A DNA stretch of 6,355 nt from Allobaculum fili (GTDB taxonomy: Bacteria; Bacillota_I; Bacilli_A; Erysipelotrichales; Erysipelotrichaceae), in NCBI RefSeq assembly GCF_020969955.1, contig NZ_JAHDSX010000075.1, positions 1 to 6,355 of the forward strand. The letters are read 5' to 3'. The first letter of the stretch is position 1, and every line of letters starts with the position of its first letter. Shown piece by piece: positions 1 through 4,958 of the stretch. The translations under genes and the position numbers were made by a program. The notes below the pieces were generated by a model. That model was not told where the DNA came from. It saw only the letters and a list, made by a program, of their open reading frames with translations, and did not search any database.

Positions 1-655
1 GCCTGGATTCGCTCTCGCCGATCCAGATGCCAAGGATATCTTTGCAGCCTTCCGTGTCATAGCCAAGAACCACATATACAGCCTGTTCTTTGGCACCATG
101 ATCGGTTTTCACTGATACGTAAAGGCAATCGACGAATACGAAAGGATAGCACTTCTTCAGGGGACGATGACGCCACTCATCAACAACCGGATAGACACGA
201 TCAGTGATGTTTGAAATCGTATCCGCAGAGACCGGGAAGCCATAGATATCCTGAATGATGTCGGAGATGTCGCGCTGTGACATACCCTGCCCATACATAC
301 GCAGGATCTTGTCCTCGATATCGGAAATATCCCGGCTGCCTTTAGGAACAGCCTGCGGTTCGAATGTACCAAGGCGATCACGAGGGATACGCAGATCCAG
401 TTCGCCCTGAGAAGACCTTACCGTCTTCTCAGAATAGCCATTGTGGCGATTCTCTGTCGATTTAGGATCATGCGATCCGCTGGTATAACCGAGATGCGCA
501 TCAAGTTCTCCCTGGAGCATCTGTTCAAGGACAGGGCCAAAGATTTCCTTGATGAGGTCTGCGGCTTCTTTAAACGTCTTAGGTTTGTATTCCTTAACGA
601 TGGTTGAAGCAATCTGTTCCTGAATGGTTGGTGCAGCTTTAGCTTTACGTGGCAT
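1..655 (-). CDS. IS256-family (Mutator-like, Transposase_mut) DDE transposase, N-terminal ~218 codons; ORF continues beyond the left edge of the window
   Basis: ATG at 655-653 (minus) is preceded by AAGGAG (668-663) with a 7-nt spacer. My translation is open to position 2: MPRKAKAAPTIQEQIASTIVKEYKPKTFKEAADLIKEIFGPVLEQMLQGELDAHLGYTSGSHDPKSTENRHNGYSEKTVRSSQGELDLRIPRDRLGTFEPQAVPKGSRDISDIEDKILRMYGQGMSQRDISDIIQDIYGFPVSADTISNITDRVYPVVDEWRHRPLKKCYPFVFVDCLYVSVK... The blocks E..L..HLGY, NGY..K.v....G.l.l.IPRDR.G.FEP, MY..GMS.RDI and W..RPL...YP.vFvD are the conserved N-terminal signature of IS256-family transposases. The ORF is missing from the supplied track because it has no stop inside the window. 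Confidence 0.9.
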   Translation of the reverse strand, partial: MPRKAKAAPTIQEQIASTIVKEYKPKTFKEAADLIKEIFGPVLEQMLQGELDAHLGYTSGSHDPKSTENRHNGYSEKTVRSSQGELDLRIPRDRLGTFEPQAVPKGSRDISDIEDKILRMYGQGMSQRDISDIIQDIYGFPVSADTISNITDRVYPVVDEWRHRPLKKCYPFVFVDCLYVSVKTDHGAKEQAVYVVLGYDTEGCKDILGIWIGESESR

Positions 656-717
656 AAGTGGTCTCCTTGTAAAAATTTGTCAGGCTCAAGCTGGTTGTAT
701 CAGTCTGATGTCTTGAT

Positions 718-746
718 GGAATTTACACAAAAGACCTTACACTCTC
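718..746 (-). repeat. Putative terminal inverted repeat of the IS256-family element
   Basis: See above: the GA...TGTGTAAA spacing matches the IS256 terminus from memory. The partner IR is outside the window, so inverted-repeat status cannot be verified here. Confidence 0.5.
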
Positions 747-994
747 ATTTTGCACTTGGTATTGTTACCGGATCTAACAGCGATTACATATCTAGTGAAA
801 AAAGTAATACAAAAGAGACCGTTCTAAAGGGCAGTGATATATTCAAATTCAGATTTGTTGGTGGAAGGAACTTCATCAGATTTGATCCTGATAATTTTTA
901 ACAGGCTGCTCCGACTCGCTTTTACAGAGTCAAGGAAAAGTTAATTTATCGGTTCATATGTGCTGCGCCTGTATTCGCTTATGATGATCAGCAA
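747..994 (+). pseudogene. Remnant of the TaqI-like C-terminal target-recognition domain of an N6-adenine DNA methyltransferase / type IIG-BREX-like enzyme; 5'-truncated by the IS, in-frame TAA at 899-901, 3' end replaced
   Basis: The frame-2 translation from 747 reads FALGIVTGSNSDYISSEKSNTKETVLKGSDIFKFRFVGGRNFIRFDPDNF*QAAPTRFYRVKEKLIYRFICAAPVFAYDDQQ. It matches the by-eye pattern of Eco57I/TaqI_C-type modules: G-I-x-T-G-x-N, then KG-x-DI-x-(R/K)-(Y/F), then W-I-x-Y-D-type strand, then pKI(l/v)yRxI....fAyDD. There is no start codon of its own. The first 23 codons of track ORF 677-901 are IS leader sequence. Confidence 0.55.
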
Positions 995-1141
995 GCTAGG
1001 TATGCTCATTGGCAATACAGCCAGTTATGGGAAGAACGCGCATCTAATAAAGACAAGGAACCAGAGAAGTGGGAGCAATTATGCGTAGCCGACCGGGAAT
1101 CCAATCGAAACCAGGCTCTTCATCGTGAGAGGAAAGAGAAA

Positions 1142-1522
1142 ATGGTTCAGTATTTAATCAACTGCTATGGCAACGATGCTTATCAAAGCTTATTCCATGG
1201 GAAAGATCCTCTGTTTGTGATGTCCGAAGACCACGAACCGCAATACAGCAACGTACATCGTTTTGTAACAAGACTCCATGACCTGGATTGTGCTCCTGTC
1301 CTGGAATTAGCAAAAATAGAGCATCGGCACTGGAGTGCTTACTATATCGCCAAAGGATGGAAATATCTGCCTTTGAAAGAAATCAAACAGCTCCAGCAGC
1401 AGTCTGATGGATATACGAACAAAGTGATCCGGGAAGTGGCGCCTGCTCACGTCGATCTGGTTAATTTTGAACGTCTTTGCCAGGATGATTATGAGAGTAT
1501 CAAATATGACCTGTCTTATTGA
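1142..1522 (+). CDS. RyR-like repeat protein fragment (C-terminal regulatory region of a larger protein; 126-aa ORF from the first available ATG)
   Basis: The reading frame is open from 902 and similarity begins at about 995: ARYAHWQYSQLWEER...KWEQLCVADRESNRNQALHRERKEKM. This resembles the aIHe.Y...W..L.e....SNR.QA.HI..KL block. LAKIEHRHWSAYYIAKGWKY...APAHVDLVNFERLCQDDYESIKYD resembles the bacterial RyR-domain consensus LA..eHe.W.a.....GW.yG....k.hP.LvpyeeL.e..k.kD. The ATG at 1142 has a GAGAGGAAAGAG purine-rich stretch upstream. There is no in-frame ATG between 902 and 1141, so the ancestral N-terminal domain is missing. Confidence 0.45.
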   Translation: MVQYLINCYGNDAYQSLFHGKDPLFVMSEDHEPQYSNVHRFVTRLHDLDCAPVLELAKIEHRHWSAYYIAKGWKYLPLKEIKQLQQQSDGYTNKVIREVAPAHVDLVNFERLCQDDYESIKYDLSY

Positions 1523-1574
1523 TTCGAGACATTAAAGACTGAGAAAGAGAGTTAGCAGGGGAAAGGAAACAGTT

Positions 1575-3683
1575 ATGAGTTCTAGTGACAAAGAGTACGA
1601 CAAATCGAAAACAGTCTCTGCTTTGGAAACAACAGTGAACAGCAATGATGAAGAACGGCTTTCAGATAAATATCGTGTATTCCTCTGTTACCGGGGTGAA
1701 ACTTCTGGAAATAGTGAAGGAAAGAAATTTGCCGAAAAGCTCCATGATTTTCTAACGCATACTGCTTTTGCCAAAGACAGTCTTGGTGAAATCTACTTAT
1801 CAGAAAGAGAAGACCGCAGCGGAAACTTCAAAAGCAGCCTGTCAATAATAATGAAATCGGTCGAGTATTTCATTATTCCATTTACGCCAAATTTCTTTGA
1901 CGGTTTTCCACAGGACTCATCGGACGAGCAGACTATCGATAAAAGCATTACTTATCACGAACTCCTTCAGGCTTTCAATAATCCGAACCTTTCGTTTATC
2001 AATGTCTGCATTGGCGAATCAAGAAACGATCTGATCGACAAGGATCTGCTGGTAAGTCTGTATGGAAGCGAAAATGCGGAACGGATAACTACTGTCAAAA
2101 TGCTCAATTATACGCCGGAAAACAGCCAGGAAATTTTTGAACAGATTTATAACCGTATCCGCATCGGCAACGAAAGCATCGCCGACAAAATCCATGAACA
2201 CAAACCGAATGTTTATCTTGATGCAAAAGAAGAACTGGAGTCAGACCAGTTTCCGCTGTACGCAAGACTGTATAATGTTCGCTCTTTGACACTGCTAAAC
2301 TTTGCTTCCAGCTCGTTTATTTCAGGAGCCAGCATTGCGAAAAGCTATGAACAGACAGACCAGATGAAAATCTGGTTTAACCGCCATCTGATTGAAGGAA
2401 AGATTACCGTCAATATTATTCTTACCGACCCGCATTCGCACGCTGCTATGGATGCTGCACTATATAAAATGAATCCAGAGAATCTGACCATTAACAAGGA
2501 TCAGATCATTCTATCCAACCTCAACAAGCTGTTTGCGTTCATGCGTAAACACCCAGAAGCAGATCTCCATGTATACCTGACTCCTGTCGCACTGCCATAT
2601 GGAATTATGCTGGCGGAATTCAACAGTGCAGACAAGTATAATAACTACATGAAAATCGACCTGTATGCAGCGGATATCGAACGTGATGGCAAGCGGCCAT
2701 CCTTCTTTCTCCTGCAAAAAGACGAAGAAACGAAAGCGATGTTTAAGTTTTTTAAAGACAATGTTCTGCGTTTGAAAACCAGTGATTCCAGACCATTTTA
2801 TGGTCATCCTGAAATTGACTGGATGGAAACCCAAAATTCAAAGATTGTTCATCGAGGAATTGCCAAAGAACATCTAAAGCCCCATACTTTGCAGGCTTTC
2901 CGGCACTGTATCAATAAAGAGCATCCTGTCGAAGTCGATTTGTTTACATTGAGCGATGGTACGATTGTAGTAGGACGTTTAGATGAAGATTTTGCGCAGG
3001 AGATATGCAAAGATCCAAACAAGCTAAAGAATACTTCGCTTGGGGACCTAAGAATTTACAACCGTACCCGTCCCGAAGAAACTGTTCTGACGCTCGATGA
3101 ATTTCTAAAGCTGATCAGCGGCAGAATTCCGATTTTAATCGAAATAAAGACTATAAACAATTCTTTATCAAATGCGGGGAAAGCTCATGAAGTTCCGTAC
3201 AGCCATGGAGCAGAACGAGAAGGAGAACTATCTGCCGCCTGCAAAGCGCAGGTTTCAAAAATCATCGAGACCATTCATCAGTATTCTGTAAATTACCAGC
3301 ACATCTTTACAATCAATACAGGAAGAACCGGTTCACCAATAGCGATCCATTCTTCGGATGTTCGAATTGTAAATATGGTGAATGAACGCGACTGCCTTAT
3401 TCCGTCAGGGATTATTGTCAGCGAATTCGAAGAGAAATATGGCTTCAACGCGTCAGATCAGCGAATCGACTGTCATCAATTAGAACGGATTGAAGAGCTG
3501 CAGCCGGATTTTGTAAGTTATGACCTCGACTTTCTGCATGAGGGAAATGTTGAGAAAATCAAAACGATGCTGCACATTCCTGTCATTTCCTGGACTGCTA
3601 AAAGCAAGGATCAAATTCTTCAATCTTTTGATTACGGCTGCACCAATACAATCTGCGAAAATCTGGAAGATATGGAAAATTAA
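1575..3683 (+). CDS. 702-aa TIR-like / unassigned middle module / GDPD-type (glycerophosphodiester phosphodiesterase fold) fusion protein
   Basis: The longest ORF in the window. ATG 1575 is preceded by GAAAGGAAA (AAGGA at 1563-1567, 7-nt spacer), and a terminator lies 26 nt after the stop.
- aa 33-~198 (nt 1671-2168): YRVFLCYRGE...FAEKLHDFL...IYLSE...FKSSLSIIMKSVEYFIIPFTPNFF...SITYHELLQAF...LSFINVCIG. This is the TIR pattern (F-L/I-S/C-Y-R-G-E-D strand A; I..AI..S...I.v.S.nY; w..EL helix with candidate catalytic E129, nt 1959-1961).
- aa ~215-420 (nt 2217-2834): unassigned.
- aa 423-700 (nt 2841-3674): KIVHRGIAKEHLKPHTLQAF...PVEVDLFTLSDGTIVV...TLDEFLKLISGRIPILIEIKT...IPVISWTAKSKDQILQSFDYGCTNTICEN. 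This is the GDPD pattern (HRG, E-x-D, l.iEiK, v.vWTvn....G.dgi.Td). Confidence 0.85.
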   Translation: MSSSDKEYDKSKTVSALETTVNSNDEERLSDKYRVFLCYRGETSGNSEGKKFAEKLHDFLTHTAFAKDSLGEIYLSEREDRSGNFKSSLSIIMKSVEYFIIPFTPNFFDGFPQDSSDEQTIDKSITYHELLQAFNNPNLSFINVCIGESRNDLIDKDLLVSLYGSENAERITTVKMLNYTPENSQEIFEQIYNRIRIGNESIADKIHEHKPNVYLDAKEELESDQFPLYARLYNVRSLTLLNFASSSFISGASIAKSYEQTDQMKIWFNRHLIEGKITVNIILTDPHSHAAMDAALYKMNPENLTINKDQIILSNLNKLFAFMRKHPEADLHVYLTPVALPYGIMLAEFNSADKYNNYMKIDLYAADIERDGKRPSFFLLQKDEETKAMFKFFKDNVLRLKTSDSRPFYGHPEIDWMETQNSKIVHRGIAKEHLKPHTLQAFRHCINKEHPVEVDLFTLSDGTIVVGRLDEDFAQEICKDPNKLKNTSLGDLRIYNRTRPEETVLTLDEFLKLISGRIPILIEIKTINNSLSNAGKAHEVPYSHGAEREGELSAACKAQVSKIIETIHQYSVNYQHIFTINTGRTGSPIAIHSSDVRIVNMVNERDCLIPSGIIVSEFEEKYGFNASDQRIDCHQLERIEELQPDFVSYDLDFLHEGNVEKIKTMLHIPVISWTAKSKDQILQSFDYGCTNTICENLEDMEN

Positions 3684-3708
3684 TACAAAATCAATCAAAT
3701 ACTCATAA

Positions 3709-3746
3709 CTCCTGCGAGAATCATAAAACTCGTCAGGAGCTTTTTT
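3709..3746 (+). terminator. Rho-independent terminator after the TIR-GDPD ORF
   Basis: CTCCTGCGAG (3709-3718) pairs with CTCGTCAGGAG (3729-3739), with one bulged T. The loop is 10 nt and TTTTTT follows at 3741-3746. It lies between convergent coding regions. Confidence 0.7.
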
Positions 3747-3747
3747 A

Positions 3748-3999
3748 TCAAATGCGCCGTAAAACCCCTGCCTTCAGGCAGAAAGCGTCAAACAGAACCC
3801 CATCCTGGAAGTCAGATTCTGGACGAACGGACTTCATACCAAGAGCGGTCTTCAGCTTGTACTCACACAAGGTGTGAGCGGCAGTACCTTCCTTGGCTGC
3901 AAGACCGGAAGTATCCGGATAGAGTTCTTCAAGTCTTGCCGATGGCGTACAATGAAGCCAACGATGGGATGTGGATGGAGAGAGGATGCTGTGACTCAT
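3748..3999 (-). pseudogene. 3'-truncated DUF2800-type PD-(D/E)XK (Cas4/RecB-like) phage/ICE nuclease gene; only about the first 60 residues look authentic
   Basis: MSHSILSPSTSHRWLHCTPSARLEELYPDTSGLAAKEGTAAHTLCEYKLKTALGM... is the characteristic N-terminus of DUF2800 proteins (ILS.S.SHRWL.C.PSARL...aA.eGT.aH.LcE.kL). As I recall, these are normally several hundred residues long. Here the ORF stops after 83 aa, directly against the terminator of the opposing gene. ATG 3999 overlaps the stop of the upstream gene (ATGA). Confidence 0.7.
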
Positions 4000-4273
4000 T
4001 TCAATCCCTCCGCATCATTGACAAGAGCCTGGTAGTGAGCAGGATCAATTTTGGAAAGTTTGCTAGCGCCATACTTTTCAAGAAGCTGCTGGATCTGCGC
4101 TGTAAAACCGGCTCTGGATTTTTCAGCGAGAATTGCACGGACTTCTTCAAGCGTAAGTCTTGGCTGTTCAGGCTTTTTTCGGGCTTTGCTTATCCAGATG
4201 AGACTTTTGGAGCAGAGAGTCCATCAGCCATCCGGTTGAGAACGATGAGAAGTTCTTTTTGGAATTCATCCAT
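3996..4273 (-). pseudogene. Small phage/ICE-module protein located upstream of DUF2800, disrupted by a frameshift (or sequencing indel)
   Basis: ATG 4273-4271 has AAGAGG upstream. Frame A gives MDEFQKELLIVLNRMADGLSAPKVSSG and then TAA (4192-4190). A second frame gives ...SKARKKPEQPRLTLEEVRAILAEKSRAGFTAQIQQLLEKYGASKLSKIDPAHYQALVNDAEGLK, stopping at 3998-3996. It has no start codon of its own but carries the conserved part (TLEEVRA.LAEKSRAG....). The frame change must lie between 4223 and 4193, and a T4 run at 4205-4208 is inside that interval. Confidence 0.6.
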
Positions 4274-4326
4274 GGTGATTACCTCTTTCACTAGGTAGCC
4301 ATGGAAATGGATGGAGTGTGACAGGG

Positions 4327-4371
4327 AAAATAAAAAAAGTGGCCAAAAACCGAAAAACGGTTCATGACCAC
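4327..4371 (-). terminator. Rho-independent terminator on the minus strand with no intact gene upstream of it
   Basis: The minus strand reads GTGGTCAtgAACCGtttttCGGTTttTGGCCAC followed by TTTTTTTATTTT. The outer stem is 7 bp (one G-U) and the inner stem 5 bp, followed by a strong U-tract. There is no U-tract on the plus-strand side. Confidence 0.45.
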
Positions 4372-4610
4372 AAAGCCTTACCTAAGAATTTCATTTAAAT
4401 AATTTTGCACTGCAATGGAATCATATCCTGCTTTCTTCGGTCGATTAACTCTGACCTGATTACAATCTCACAACTCGGATAAAAGTTTTCAAGACATACA
4501 AAATACAATTAAATACCATCGACCTAAATCAAACGTCTATATTATACGTGTAGTAAGATTACTCATCTAGTAAGGAAGAGAATGCTTAACCCACTATCGG
4601 AGGTTCAACA

Positions 4611-4679
4611 ATGAGGTGCATGAAATTACTGATAGCACGCCTTACGCTCAAATTTTCACACTGCTATTTACCAACATGA
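4611..4679 (+). CDS. Speculative 22-codon mini-ORF (leader peptide candidate): MRCMKLLIARLTLKFSHCYLPT
   Basis: GGAGG at 4599-4603, a 7-nt spacer, ATG 4611 and TGA 4677-4679. It lies in the otherwise ORF-free leader upstream of the peptidase cassette and contains the left arm of the 11-bp inverted repeat. There is no homology support. Confidence 0.25.
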   Translation: MRCMKLLIARLTLKFSHCYLPT

Positions 4680-4713
4680 ATCTAGACAGAGAGATTGGCT
4701 GCTGAGCGTAAGG
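4640..4713. repeat. Perfect 11-bp inverted repeat with 52-nt spacer in the 5' leader of the peptidase cassette
   Basis: CCTTACGCTCA (4640-4650) and TGAGCGTAAGG (4703-4713) are exact reverse complements. The right arm ends 25 nt before the AAGGA Shine-Dalgarno (4739-4743) of ORF 4752. Confidence 0.6.
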
Positions 4714-4751
4714 AATAAAACAAAGCCTGATTTTCGTAAAGGAAAACATTT

Positions 4752-4958
4752 ATGAGATCAAAAATTAAGAAGTTACTAGCGAATATCGCTATTTCACTCT
4801 CGATTTTCGTATCTTCTATACCTGTAATCGCTGTAAAGGGATTAGCGTTTGATATTCCCATTCCAGCCAATGCTTTTCTCGAGGAATCTAATACGCTACA
4901 ACAGTTTAGAGCCTCACTTGAAGTGGATTTGTTGTTTGAAAAAAACTATGCCGCTTAA
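4752..4958 (+). CDS. 68-aa ORF encoding a Sec-type signal peptide plus short linker; probably the detached 5' part of the peptidase gene
   Basis: AAGGA at 4739-4743 with an 8-nt spacer, then ATG 4752. The sequence has a classic signal-peptide layout: MRSKIKK (basic n-region), LLANIAISLSIFVSSIPVIAV (hydrophobic core), then KGLAFDIPIPANAF. The ORF ends at TAA 4956-4958, just after an A7 tract (4939-4945). Confidence 0.6.
   Translation: MRSKIKKLLANIAISLSIFVSSIPVIAVKGLAFDIPIPANAFLEESNTLQQFRASLEVDLLFEKNYAA

Larger units (their letters stand above)
1..746 (-). mobile_element. IS256-family insertion sequence, transposase-proximal end (partial; rest lies left of the window)
   Basis: A transposase CDS plus a ~91-nt 5' leader. 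The reverse complement of 718-746 reads GAGAGTGTAAGGTCTTTTGTGTAAATTCC. As I recall the IS256 left terminus (GATAAAGTCCGTATAATTGTGTAAAAG), it also starts with GA and has TGTGTAAA exactly 17 nt from the tip. Unrelated coding sequence (methyltransferase remnant) begins immediately at 747. Confidence 0.75.

Noticed and set aside
157-612. Track ORFs 157-381(-) and 418-612(-)
   Set aside because: Both lie in alternative frames inside the IS256-family transposase coding region. The third minus frame gives the continuous, motif-rich transposase. These two have no recognisable motifs.
677-901. Track ORF 677-901(+) as a genuine 74-aa gene
   Set aside because: Its first 23 codons are the IS leader/terminal repeat read on the opposite strand, and there is no SD. 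Only the part from 747 is meaningful, as a methyltransferase remnant that continues past the TAA in the same frame.
1575-3683. Interpreting the TIR gene as a Thoeris ThsB
   Set aside because: No ThsA-like (SIR2/Macro-SLOG) gene is present in the window. ThsB proteins are, as I recall, short TIR-only proteins, not 702-aa fusions with a phosphodiesterase barrel.
2019-3708. Nested ORFs 2019-2201(-), 2104-2292(-), 2511-2834(-), 3480-3698(-), 3520-3708(+)
   Set aside because: All are embedded in or antisense to the 702-aa ORF. They have low-complexity or odd composition, no SDs and no motifs. They are typical shadow ORFs of a long gene.
3164-3756. 13-nt direct repeat TTTATCAAATGCG at 3164-3176 and 3744-3756 (580 nt apart), the second copy at the terminator/DUF2800 breakpoint
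   Set aside because: My rough expectation for one exact 13-mer repeat in a 6.4-kb window is a few tenths, so chance is adequate. The first copy is inside conserved GDPD coding sequence. It is noted only as possible microhomology.
3936-4298. ORFs 3936-4298(+) and 4051-4239(+)
   Set aside because: They are antisense to the phage small-protein/DUF2800 pair, whose minus-strand translations carry recognisable conserved motifs. The plus-strand products look random (Cys/Arg/Ser-rich) and lack an SD.
4380-4600. Sigma-70-type promoter for the peptidase cassette (e.g. TCGACC ... TATATTATAC around 4520-4550)
   Set aside because: Several AT-rich -10-like hexamers exist, but none has a convincing -35 at 16-18 nt spacing. 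In such AT-rich sequence these matches are expected by chance, so no promoter is called.
4682-4870. ORF 4682-4870(-)
   Set aside because: It is antisense to the signal-peptide ORF and its SD region. It has no SD of its own and no motifs.
4849-4947. N-terminal extension of the 307-aa track ORF (MIFPFQPMLFSRNLIRYNSLEPHLKWICCLKKT)
   Set aside because: It overlaps the signal-peptide ORF in another frame, has no SD and no signal-like or prodomain-like character. It is better explained as an out-of-frame read-through upstream of the A7 junction.
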